From IMG/VR virus record IMGVR_UViG_3300037400_008007, positions 10,616-74,615 of that record: a stretch of 64,000 nucleotides of DNA, one strand, 5' to 3'. Positions 29,837 through 40,800 of the stretch are shown here, in pieces. This DNA is from a virus (Duplodnaviria; Caudoviricetes). Position 1 is the stretch's first letter. Each line of letters starts with the position of its first letter. The translations under genes were made by a program, and so were the position numbers. The notes under the pieces were generated by a model. It saw nothing but the letters and a program-made list of their open reading frames with translations, did no database searches and was not told the origin of the DNA.

Positions 29837-31003
29837 ATGAATATCAATAATGTAAAACGTGCGAAGAAACGCATCGACACCGCTTATTTGAGTAACCTTG
29901 GCATACAGAGCTACGGACGTGACAACCTCTATCCGCAGCGAATGTATGACCTTATTCGTAGTAGTGCCAATGGTGGAACGTGCTGTGAGCGTTATCAGAC
30001 ATTCATCGAGGGCAATGGGCTGAATAATACTGACTTTGCCGAATACGAGTGCAACCGCATAGGGCAGACCGTTGATGACATCTACCGCTTGCTGGCACAA
30101 GATATGGCATATCATCATGGCTTTGCTCTTCATGTGAACTATAACATGATGTGTCAAATTGTGGAGATTAACCATATTCCTTTCATGCAGTGTCGTTTGG
30201 AGGAAGAGACTCCAGACGGAAAGGTAGTCCACATCAAGATACACCCAGACTGGACGGGCCACAAGACACGTAAGGGCAAAACTATCAGAGTATCGAACGA
30301 GAACATCAAGAACATCTACACGTTCAACCCTCGCAGGGAGGTCGTGATGTCGCAGATAGAAGCCAGTGGCGGCATCGAGAAATACAGAGGGCAGGTGCTG
30401 TGGTTTTCCATGGATGGCAAGTGGGACTACCCCGTGCCTATCTACGACAAGGTAGTGACCAGTCTTTCGTCTGATGAGGGGCTGGATAACGTGATGTATC
30501 GCAATGTGCGAAATAACTTCCTTGTTGCAGGTATGCTCATTCACAAGAAAGGTTCTACACTTGGCATAGACGATGAAGGCAATCCTATTAAGGACGAAAA
30601 GGAAAGTGACATCAGCGAGAGTCTGAACATCTTCCAAGGCGACGAAAACGCTTGCGCCATTATGGACGTTACGATCGAGTCGGAAGATGACAAGCCGGAC
30701 TTCGTGAAGTTCGAGGCCGCGAACTTCGACAAGAAGTATGAGCGTACCGAGGAAAGCGTCACGTCTCGAATCTATGCAGCTTTCGGACAGGAGCCTTGGT
30801 ATCGCATCCGTAATGGCTCACTTGGCTTTAGTAGTGAAGTCTTGTCAGAAGCCTACGAATACTACAACTCCTATGTCAGCAAGGAACGTCGTGCTATCAG
30901 CCGTGCGTTGAAGCGTATCTTTGACCACTGGCATGAAGATGTTAACCCCTCTGGAGATTATGAAGTACAACCACTTGTATATGTAAGCAACGCAAAGAAA
31001 TGA
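29837..31003 (+). CDS. portal protein
   Basis: 388 aa; YGRDNLYPQ, NNFLVAGML, IYAAFGQ motifs typical of Bacteroidales phage portals. Confidence 0.7.
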   Translation: MNINNVKRAKKRIDTAYLSNLGIQSYGRDNLYPQRMYDLIRSSANGGTCCERYQTFIEGNGLNNTDFAEYECNRIGQTVDDIYRLLAQDMAYHHGFALHVNYNMMCQIVEINHIPFMQCRLEEETPDGKVVHIKIHPDWTGHKTRKGKTIRVSNENIKNIYTFNPRREVVMSQIEASGGIEKYRGQVLWFSMDGKWDYPVPIYDKVVTSLSSDEGLDNVMYRNVRNNFLVAGMLIHKKGSTLGIDDEGNPIKDEKESDISESLNIFQGDENACAIMDVTIESEDDKPDFVKFEAANFDKKYERTEESVTSRIYAAFGQEPWYRIRNGSLGFSSEVLSEAYEYYNSYVSKERRAISRALKRIFDHWHEDVNPSGDYEVQPLVYVSNAKK

Positions 31004-31539
31004 CACACCTACTGACAACAATCGAGCTTAGAACACTCGGACGACCTATCGGCAAGGTTGCCGACGATAAACTTACAGCATTCATCACCGAAGCCGAGCA
31101 ACTGCACGTTAAGCCCATCCTCGGTGATGAATTGTTTTTAGAATTGCAAAAGGAGGTGGAAAACACCGATGAGGACAATTCTAACACCAACTTGCAGATG
31201 TTGCTTTCTGGAGGAACCTACTACATCAACCAAGGTTGCGAGAATGAGACCATTCGCAGTTTCCAAGGCTTAAAGACTGCTATTGCGTATTTCGTGTATG
31301 CGCAGAACCTCATGGTGGGCGACATCGAGAGTACACGTTTTGGTTCTGTCATCAAGAATGGTGACTATTCTACTCACGTCTCATCAAAGGAACGGTCGGA
31401 CGCATACAATAACACGCTTGAGATAGCCAATGCCTACCTCAAGGAATGTGTAGAGTTCTGCAAGGCCAATGGACTTATCAAGGTAGCTGGGAAGCCTGTT
31501 GCTTCTCTTGGAGGAATCACAATTAAACGAATAGGATAA
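31000..31539 (+). CDS. head-tail adaptor-like protein
   Basis: EAEQLHVKPILGDELF ... LKTAIAYFVYA; follows the portal. Confidence 0.55.
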   Translation: MTHLLTTIELRTLGRPIGKVADDKLTAFITEAEQLHVKPILGDELFLELQKEVENTDEDNSNTNLQMLLSGGTYYINQGCENETIRSFQGLKTAIAYFVYAQNLMVGDIESTRFGSVIKNGDYSTHVSSKERSDAYNNTLEIANAYLKECVEFCKANGLIKVAGKPVASLGGITIKRIG

Positions 31540-31545
31540 ACTGAT

Positions 31546-32547
31546 ATGATAAACATTGAAGGACTTTTAGGCAAGGTTGCTAATAATGGTGCGACGCTAT
31601 TGGGAATACTCGCACATGGAGAGTGGAATACGCTTGTGCAGGCTGTCCGTGAGTTGCAACAAATTGTTGCTTCTGACAGTCGGCTTGCCAACATGCAAGC
31701 AGCGATCAATCAGTTTAGCGAGGAAATTGAAAGTTTCAGCTCAACTTATAGCGCAGATTTGCAGAACGTAAATACTGCAATCGACAATAATCATTTGCTT
31801 TATGATGTAGTCAGAATTGCTGGTGTTCTTGATAGTGCAACAACAACAAGTGGGACAGTCACCCAGAGTGTCACTTGGGAAGATGTGTATTATGTCAAGA
31901 ACACAAACAGGTTCGTCTGTAAGAGAGGTGACGAATATTATACTTCTTGGAACGGAATGTTCGATTGGTGTGCTGACTCAAGCGGTGTTCCTTACAGGAC
32001 AAAAGCATATTTGGGTGACGGTGAAGTATACTCGTATGACACAAACGCCCACGAACTAAAATTGATTGGAGATGCTCGCTACCAAAGGCTCCTGACTGAA
32101 ATAAACGAACTGACAACAAATTTGGGGAGTCTTTACGAAGAACTACAAGAGTATGAAGCCAAGCAAGAAACAAGTTTGACTCATGCTCATTTTGAAGGTT
32201 TTATCAGCGGGGTTATACATATGGAGCAAATCAGTCTTGATAATTATGTTGCCGCGAACAGCCATGTGTTGTATTATAGAGATTTGCACAAGTTCATTCT
32301 TCGTTATGGTGTAAAGTATTATTCCTCATGGCAAAACATGGCTGACTATAATGACGCTAATACGGGGCATCCTTACACGAACAAAATATACATCTATGCA
32401 AATCAGATGTACATGTATGACTTTGATAATGGTATTCTTAAACCAATAAGTATCGGACTATTAGGCCCGATGACAGCTGCCGAGTATGAAGCCTTGGGAA
32501 GTGACGTAAACGACGATATTCTATACGCAATATACGAGGAGGAATAG
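31546..32547 (+). CDS. hypothetical tail-fibre-module protein with internal repeat
   Basis: 333 aa; two similar F..R...YY.SW..M units. Confidence 0.6.
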   Translation: MINIEGLLGKVANNGATLLGILAHGEWNTLVQAVRELQQIVASDSRLANMQAAINQFSEEIESFSSTYSADLQNVNTAIDNNHLLYDVVRIAGVLDSATTTSGTVTQSVTWEDVYYVKNTNRFVCKRGDEYYTSWNGMFDWCADSSGVPYRTKAYLGDGEVYSYDTNAHELKLIGDARYQRLLTEINELTTNLGSLYEELQEYEAKQETSLTHAHFEGFISGVIHMEQISLDNYVAANSHVLYYRDLHKFILRYGVKYYSSWQNMADYNDANTGHPYTNKIYIYANQMYMYDFDNGILKPISIGLLGPMTAAEYEALGSDVNDDILYAIYEEE

Positions 32548-32550
32548 CCC

Positions 32551-32724
32551 ATGCTATATTTGAGCAAGAAAGAAATCGTGGAGTTGTATCTGCAGGGCAA
32601 GGCTCTGACGGAACTCCGAAAGGGCGCAAGGCTTATATGGCAAGCCGTCCGTTCTTGCTTCGGTAGTGGCAGCTGGATAAACGACAAGCCTTGGCTCAAC
32701 GATGAGGGTTGGAGAAACAGTTAA
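32551..32724 (+). CDS. small protein, paralog of 32737-32967 (57 aa, not in ORF track)
   Basis: RSCFGSGSWINDKPWLNDEGW. Confidence 0.75.
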   Translation: MLYLSKKEIVELYLQGKALTELRKGARLIWQAVRSCFGSGSWINDKPWLNDEGWRNS

Positions 32725-32736
32725 GAGAACAGGCTT

Positions 32737-32967
32737 ATGGAGTATGTAGTCAAAGAAGGCACTGCCAGGCAGGTTGTCAGCCGTTACAAGGCCATTCTCG
32801 ACAACGAGACAAACACGATGAAGGCTGTCTCACTTAAAGCAATCTATCGTGTTATAGGGGGTGTGGCAAAGCTGGTATGGGAACTTATACGCTCCTGTTT
32901 TGGTAGCGGCTCTTGGATAAATGACCGCCCTTGGAACAATGCAGACGGTTGGAATAACGGAACGTAA
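32737..32967 (+). CDS. small protein with SCFGSGxWxNxxPW motif
   Basis: RSCFGSGSWINDRPWNNADGW. Confidence 0.75.
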   Translation: MEYVVKEGTARQVVSRYKAILDNETNTMKAVSLKAIYRVIGGVAKLVWELIRSCFGSGSWINDRPWNNADGWNNGT

Positions 32968-32981
32968 CTCAAATTGAAAAT

Positions 32982-34790
32982 ATGAAGCAAGAAATCAAGA
33001 CTTACAGAATAGGGAATGACCTGCATCTGAAGTGGCCGATACTCACCAATGGCGAGCCACAGCCACTTGATAGCCGTGACCTTAGTCTTTATGTCGTTGA
33101 CCCAATGGGTAACAGGAAACGCATAAAGGTGTTCGGTAGAGAGGCGAACGTCATTTCTTTTGTTTTCTCCCATTCAGACCAGAAGCATCTTGGAGTCTAT
33201 GACCTCATGCTCTACGAGAACGAGGGTAAGGAACATCAAACTGTTACTGATAGCTGCTGTGCTTTCCAGTTGGTTGAGAAGAGTTGCCATATACCTGCAA
33301 GCATGGCAGATGAGACCCCACTTGACGCTGGTGAAGTCAATGTAGGAATACACGGCTTGTCTGCTTACGAGATTGCTGTCAATCATGGTTATGAAGGAAG
33401 TGAAGAGAAATGGGTACAGGACTTTGAAACCGTACTCAATTCCACCGAACTTTGTGTAACGTCCGCTGAAAAAGCTGAAAATGTATTGGAGCGAACCGAG
33501 CAGCTGTTTGAAGAGCTTTCTACTATTGAAGAAGCGGAGCAGGGTCGTGTTGCCAATGAGGGGCAGCGTCAGCAGGCAGAAACAGAAAGGAGCGAAGCCG
33601 AGACACTGCGCTTGCAAGCTGAAAATGAAAGGGCTACAGCCGAGAGCAGCCGTTCGGAAGCCGAAGAGCAGAGAGCCGAAGCAGAGAGTTTGCGCGTCAG
33701 TGCAGAGCTTGTAAGAGAGCAGACGGTTACAGAAGGCGAGGCTCAACGTAATCAGTCGATTGCAGATGGTGAAGAAAGCCGTAATGAACAAGTTCAACTT
33801 GGAGAGCAGGAACGGAATCGAGTTGTTACAGAAGGAGAACAAGAGCGTAACAGAATCATATTAGAGGGTGAGACAAGCCGTAACAGGGTTATTGCTGATG
33901 GTGAAACCCAGCGGAATGAAGCCTTTAACGAAAGCCAGACAACTCGCATGACGCAATATTACGATGCGGAAGCTGGACGTGATGCTCAATATTCCCGTGC
34001 GGAAAACAGCCGAAATCTACAATTCGCAGAATCAGAGGAAGAGAGAAACACCCAATTCTCCGAGGCTCAAGAAACAAGAGTAACCACCTTTGAGCGTTCG
34101 GAGAGGACGAGACAAGATAATTACGAAGCCGCAGAGGCAGACAGGGAAATACGCACTTCTGCCGCTGTTGCAGAAGTCACAAATGGCACAAATAGGCTCA
34201 ACCAACTTGAAGAGGCGCATAACAATGCGGAGAGCGAGCGAGTAGCAGCTGAAAACAGCAGAAATGCCGCAGAGCTTTTGCGCAAAGAGAATGAGACTAA
34301 TCGTAAGCTACAAGAGACGCAGCGTTATTCTGCAGAGCAACGCAGAGACGCAGCCGAGAATGTAAGGCAGAACGCAGAAGTGGCCAGAGACCGTGCGGAG
34401 CAAGCGAGACTTCAGAGTGACCTTACTTATAAGGAGAGTGAAGCAATCCGAGTGACGCAGGAAAGGAGCCGCGACAATGCAGAACAGAACCGCATAGCGG
34501 CTGAAAGGCAGCGCGTGAGTGCAGAAAACGAGCGTATAATTGTAGACCAGCAGAGAACGGAAGCTGTCAACAATGCTGTGCAGGGCCTTGATGACAAGTG
34601 GACTGAAAAGGAGGCAGAGATCGATTCTGACATAAATACCATGTGCAACAATGGCGAGGCAAGGATAGACGCAGCCATTGCCGCGTTTAATAGAGTCGAG
34701 AGAGTTCTGACACAAGAAGAGTTTGATGCTATCGTGTCTGCAGGCGGGCTTGTAGAAGGCTGTGACTATAAGATAATCGAAGAGGACTAA
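32982..34790 (+). CDS. fibre/baseplate-upper-like protein with long coiled coil
   Basis: N-terminal Ig-like/BppU-like region, LSAYEIAVNHGY, then E..R...E..R repeats. Confidence 0.65.
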   Translation: MKQEIKTYRIGNDLHLKWPILTNGEPQPLDSRDLSLYVVDPMGNRKRIKVFGREANVISFVFSHSDQKHLGVYDLMLYENEGKEHQTVTDSCCAFQLVEKSCHIPASMADETPLDAGEVNVGIHGLSAYEIAVNHGYEGSEEKWVQDFETVLNSTELCVTSAEKAENVLERTEQLFEELSTIEEAEQGRVANEGQRQQAETERSEAETLRLQAENERATAESSRSEAEEQRAEAESLRVSAELVREQTVTEGEAQRNQSIADGEESRNEQVQLGEQERNRVVTEGEQERNRIILEGETSRNRVIADGETQRNEAFNESQTTRMTQYYDAEAGRDAQYSRAENSRNLQFAESEEERNTQFSEAQETRVTTFERSERTRQDNYEAAEADREIRTSAAVAEVTNGTNRLNQLEEAHNNAESERVAAENSRNAAELLRKENETNRKLQETQRYSAEQRRDAAENVRQNAEVARDRAEQARLQSDLTYKESEAIRVTQERSRDNAEQNRIAAERQRVSAENERIIVDQQRTEAVNNAVQGLDDKWTEKEAEIDSDINTMCNNGEARIDAAIAAFNRVERVLTQEEFDAIVSAGGLVEGCDYKIIEED

Positions 34791-34809
34791 AACCAACAAT
34801 CATATTATT

Positions 34810-37800
34810 ATGGCAAGAAAGAATAATGTAAGTTACAACGACATTCCCGATCTTCAAACAGACTGGGAAAAAGACCCTACCAATGGCAACAAACCATTTA
34901 GTGGCGAGTCTGTACAGAAATTCATCAAGAGGAAGCTTGGAGAAGCCGAGACGAAACTTGGTGGTATCGAGTTGAATGGTAGCGGAACGGCAGAGACTCC
35001 GAATGCCAACGGAAATGTTGAGCTGACCATCCCCGAGGTGGACTCACAACTCAACCAGACTACAAGCACTAAGGCGGCACAGGCAGGCGCGGTTGTTCAG
35101 AAACTCAATGCGGTTGATAGCAAGATGCCTGTTGGCGCACGTCTCGGAAATGTCAGCGGTGACGGTTCAGAGGTGACGCTGGAGTTTCTGAACGAGCAGA
35201 ACGATGTAGTGTTTGATGTAGAAATCCCAGCCGCACAAGATGTTGGTGAGGTTATCTATCCTGTAGTGAACGTAAGCCGACAGACAGCAGCACGTTTGAA
35301 AGTAGGCAGTGACATTGGTATCAACTGGTTATATGACTGTCGCTCCAATCAGAGTGAGGGCAGCGTAGCCTATAATGCCACAGTGGTCATTTCGGCCACA
35401 CACGCAGGCGACAACGGCACAACAGAGCTGAACCTCGGTAGCGCAGCAACAAGGGTTGATGTGCGCCCAGGCACAAGTGGGACGTTCACCATTGACGGCT
35501 CTCTGATTTCCTCGCGTGGCACCGTTACTGTTATGGTGACTGCAACTGCCGATATTGAAGGCGAGAGAAAGGTTGCCACAAAGCGTATCACCGTAGAAAT
35601 GGAAATGTTGTCTTTGACCAGTAGTTTTAACCCAGCCACAGGTCTTGCAACCAACAGCGGTGTTACTGGCAGCATCAACGTACCTTATAACTATAGTGTT
35701 CCAGATGGCACGACGTTACGTGCATGGCTCAATGGTTCACTATACACTTCTGCTGGTATCAGCGGCAGCTCAACAGGCCGTATAACCATTGATGTGGCAG
35801 ATATGGTTGCCGGACGTAACAACCTGCAACTGTTGGCCATAGACGGAGCAGGTCTGAAGAGCGATGTTATCAGTATAGACTTCCGTAGAGCATCTGGTAC
35901 TGCAAACTACTTAGGTCTTGTGCTTGTTTGCTCATCAGACGATGTGGACGCAGCCGATTTGGAGAATACGATGCCATTACCTTATGCGTATGGTGGTGCT
36001 GGAGTACCTTTGCAGGCTTCGCAGTTTGAAGAGATTGAGATACCTCTTGCTGCATGGAATAACGAATCTGTTACAAGTGAAGTAGAGGTTGCTCTTGACG
36101 GTGTCACCGTTCAGACGATTACTGCAGACCGTTCGAGACAGTCGCTCAAGCAGCGTTTCGATACGAGCGGGAATCATGTATTGACCATTACGCTCGGTAC
36201 TTTGGTACTGACGACCAATGTTGCAGTAACGGCCAGCGGTACTGTGGACGAAGAGGTTACGGGCCAGTATAAAGTTGCTCTGACATCGGTCGGCAAGGCA
36301 AACAGTCAGGCAGACCGTGAAGATTGGGGCGGTATTACCACTTTGACGGGACTGAACTATAGTGCTAATGGCTGGATAGACAACACTCTCTTGCTGACCA
36401 ATGGCGCAAAGGCTATTATCGACCTCAAGCCGTTTGCAGACTATACAGACGATAACGAGGGCTTGCTCCAGACAGGTATGACGCTGGAGATTGAGTTGAA
36501 AGTAAGCCAAGTCATGGAACGCGGTGCTGCAATCATGCACTGTCTATTCTTGAATGACAGTGGAGTACCAGACCCCAACGACAATACCATCTATCCGCGT
36601 GGTATCAAGATTACCACCGAGAAGGCTGGATTGTTATTCGGAGGTCCCGAAGAAATCCATACGACCGAAAAAGTGCAGGACGCTAATGGCAACTACCTGC
36701 GTTTCTCTGCTGTTTCTGTCAGTGAGGGCGATGACATTTCGGCTGCAGGCTATTATGTCAAGGTAAGCGATAATGTGTGGAAGCTCACAACAGATACGAC
36801 AGCGCAGAGCGGTACATCATATTACGAAGGTGTAACTTGTGACGAGGGCGATGCACAAGACCTGTATGTGATACGTCCTTACGGTGCTGAAATGAATATC
36901 GCAGAAGACAAGTGGATGCACCTTGCTTTCGTCATCGAGCCTGTGTCTGGCGGCAATGGACTTGGACTTCTTTACATCAATGGTGTGTTGAGCCGAGTGA
37001 ACCGCTACTCTAACTCTATTGCTTATGCTTTGCGACAGCTCACAGCCCAGCCGCTTACCTTTGACAGTGACAAGGCAGATGTGGCTATTCGTACCGTCCG
37101 TTACTATCGTTTTGCTCTTGACCGCGACCAAGTGCTTGCCAACTGGATTGCGACCTTGCACACAGGAGCAGAAATGCAGGTCGCACATGACAACAACGAT
37201 GTGGACGGAACGGACAGCAACAACCAGCCTACAATCAGTAAGGCCAAGTTGCTTGCTGCATCGAAAGGCCGTGGTGTTTTGACATTCGTTAAGAGTATGA
37301 ACTGCAAGACTGGTAGCGGCAACAATGGCATGGAAGAGTTGTTCGAGAACTCTGTGGGTAAGAAAGATGACTTCCGTGCAGATATGGTCGAGTGGGTGCC
37401 GCCTACTGGTGTCGGCACTGGTTTCGTAGCAAGGAACGTCCGAATCCGCATACAGGGTACGTCATCGGTGAACTATCCGTATAAGAATATTCGCGTGTAT
37501 CTTGATACCCCATTTGATGCAAACAACTATCCTGTCAGCTTGGAGATAACAGGCGGTGCGCTCTATAACGTCTATGAAAACAAAAAGCTGAAAGATGCAA
37601 ATGGCAACACGTTTGATGGCTACTGCTTGCGTGGTACTGGTAACAGCCGCCCGCAGAAAGTGCTTTGTGCCAAGACGGACTTCGTGGACTCTTCATTGAC
37701 CATGAACACAGGTGGCGCACATCTGTTCAATGACACGATGGAGAACCTTGGGCTGGTAACTCCACCTATGGAGATTGACCGAAGAGTTCGCCAGGCCATT

Positions 37801-40800
37801 GATGGTATTCCTTGCGATGTCTATGCTGCAGAGAGCGAAGCAGGGCCGTTTAAGTATTTCGGCCAGTTCGTTCTGAACAACGAGAAATCGAAATCCGGCA
37901 TGATATTCGGTATGGAGAAAGTCTATCAGAACGATGAAGAGGTAGATTTCCGTAGGAATACTGGTACGGCACAGAACCCTGTCTATCCCATCAACACCAA
38001 GCCTATCGCCTTGGAATCGCTGGAGAACCGTTATGCGCTTACACTCTTCCAGAGTGCAGGAACGCAGAACAGCCAAGCGTTGGCAAACCAGCTTGCGGCC
38101 ACTTTTGATGATGCCTTTGAGTTCAATCATCCCGAAGATGCAAAGTGGGCCACTATTGGAACTGGAAGTTTCGCTGATTGGGGTGGTGCGCAGACTGCTA
38201 TCAAGCGTCTGTTTGGTTTTATCTACGACAGCGTGGCAGCAAGTGGTGTCGACTTGAGCGATCCAGAATATGGTGACGCTAACGGTTGGAGTGATGCAGA
38301 CAAGGCAAAGTGGGTCAGCAACTATTTCAAGGAGCACGTTGAAGAGTATTTCAATGTGGACTATCTCTGCACCTACTATCTGTTCACTGACTATTGGGCT
38401 TCTGTTGACCAGCGAGCTAAGAATATCCTTTGGCGCACATGGGACGGTTATATCTGGTACCCGACCTATTATGATGGTGATACTGCTATGTCTATCCGTA
38501 ATGATGCGTTCATGGTGTATCTCTATAGCGTAACCCGCGACACATACGACACCGAGCGAAGCAAGTATGCCTTTGAGGGACATGACTCATGGCTGTGGTG
38601 TCTTGTGTTGGCAAACCTTGGTGAAGAGCTGGCAGAATGCGCTCAGAATCTCCGCACAAGACTCACCACGCAGGCTATGCTTCATGAGTTTAACGATGTT
38701 ATAATGGGTAACTGGTCTGAACGTCAATACAACTACTCGCAGAAGTTGAAGTACATCGACACGATGGACGTTAAGTATTATCCATATACACTGACTGGTA
38801 ATCGTGAGGCACACCGAACGCAGTTCCTAACCGACCGCGCCCAGCTCCTTGATGCGCAGTACACGGCAGGTAACTATAGTGGTGACCGTATTTCTCTTCG
38901 CGTGAACCGACTGGCTTCTGATGCAGCGAACACGCTGACTATTAAGAGTGGCGACCTGTATTATTACGGCTACTTCCTTAATACAGGTGGTGGTAACTGG
39001 TTACAGCGTCCTATCCGTGCCGAGCAAGGCCAGAGTTGTGTGCTAACATTCACCGAGGCTATCAATGGCGGTTCTATCCAGACATTCGTCTGTGGAGCAA
39101 GCCGTATGGCAGAACTTGACTTGACGGATATGTGCGGAAACCTGCTCACTACGGAAATGGACTTATCCGCTTGTGTCACTCTGACAAAGCTGGTTATTAG
39201 GGCAACACGTTCTGTATATGGCGGCATTATCACTCTCGGACAGACAGCCAAGTTGCAGCACATTGACCTTACGGGGCAGGTTGGTATCAATAACGGTACA
39301 GCCAATACGCTCAGTCTTGTTCTGCACTCGCGGTTGACCACAGCCTTGCTTTCCGGCACAGGTCTTGTCAGCTTGCAGCTGCCAGAAGGTGCGCCTATCT
39401 CAACGCTTGCGCTGCCAAAGACGTTACGAACCCTGACGCTCCGCAATCTGCCAAACCTGCTTACGAGCGGTCTGACAATGGAGGATAACGATTGGCAGTC
39501 AATCACAGGTATCAACTTTGCTACGTGTCCTGGCTTGTCATGGCAGACGTTGCTTAACACTTGTACCAATGCTCGCAATATTCGTATTGAGGGAATCAGT
39601 GGGCGAGTACGTTCAAGTATGTTGACACCGTTCATGGCTGGTTGGAATCCCTCTTCACCCAATGACTATAGTGGCCTAACATACCACGGTCTTGATGCTG
39701 ATGGAACATATAACAACTGGCCGCAGTTTGGTGGCTCTACCGTTACGCTCGTTGATATGATTGAGACAGTAACAGTCAATGGAACGACCTACACATTCGC
39801 ACAGATGAAGCAGTTCTTCCTTGACAAGTGCGGTCTTACCATTATCGAGGCTCCCTATTCCGTTTACAAGGAAAAGGACAGCGAGACGGACAGTGAGAAC
39901 ATCACCAACCTTGACAATCTGACTGGTTACGATTACAATAACGAGTATGAGCCAAGCGGCCATATCGTGAAGATACGCAATAAGAGTGTGCCAGTAAAAG
40001 GTCTGTATGATGACAGCAACGAAGAAATGTCACTCACTGCATTATCGGAGGAAAATTACAAGAAGCTCGCAGACGGCACAACATTTGACGCGACGGACGC
40101 TTTAGGCGAAGGCTTCGACTGTTTCATGTATATTCCAAACTTCTTCTACAAGGGTGTCAACGACTTCTTGAACGATGAAAAGTACACCCTGCTTTCAGCT
40201 CGGACAAAGACGGCTCCATCGCAGTCTTGGACGCAGAAGAGGGATGGAGTTTTGTCTGAACTGCTCTATGCGGATGAAGTCGGTCTTGCTTATTCAAGAG
40301 TCACCGTTGGCAGTGCGCTCAATGATAGCACAATGCTTACAAGGCTTACGAGTGCTGCCGTATATCGTATAGATGTGGAAGGAATGAAGCAGGTACGTTA
40401 CCCAGGCTTGAACAGCAACAGCTACGGAACGGCTTTCGTTGACGCAAACGGTATTGTGCTGGAAAAACATTACTTTGAGGCAGTAAGTGTAGAGGGAAGC
40501 CCCAACGGATTCGTAAATGGCGACTATCTCTTCCGTTCAATACCTGCAAATGCCAAGTGGTTGTACTTCACATTCCTGCGTGAGCAAAATGATGCAGACC
40601 ATTTGATATTTGCTATTGACAGCGACGAGCTTGAGGCAATCGAGCCAGGATGGGTGAAACATGAGTCTGAACTTATTGCTCTTTACGGAGCAAGCATAGA
40701 TGGAGACGGCATGATACGTTCACTCTCTGGCAAGGTGACAAAGCGAGGTACTGGTATACAGACTACTTCTGCAGATTGGAGGTATGATAGCGACACTGGT

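Noticed and set aside
40607-40615. Other 9-10 nt anti-box A matches inside CDSs (also 16841-16850)
   Set aside because: Short single matches are expected by chance; no partner anti-box B or terminator
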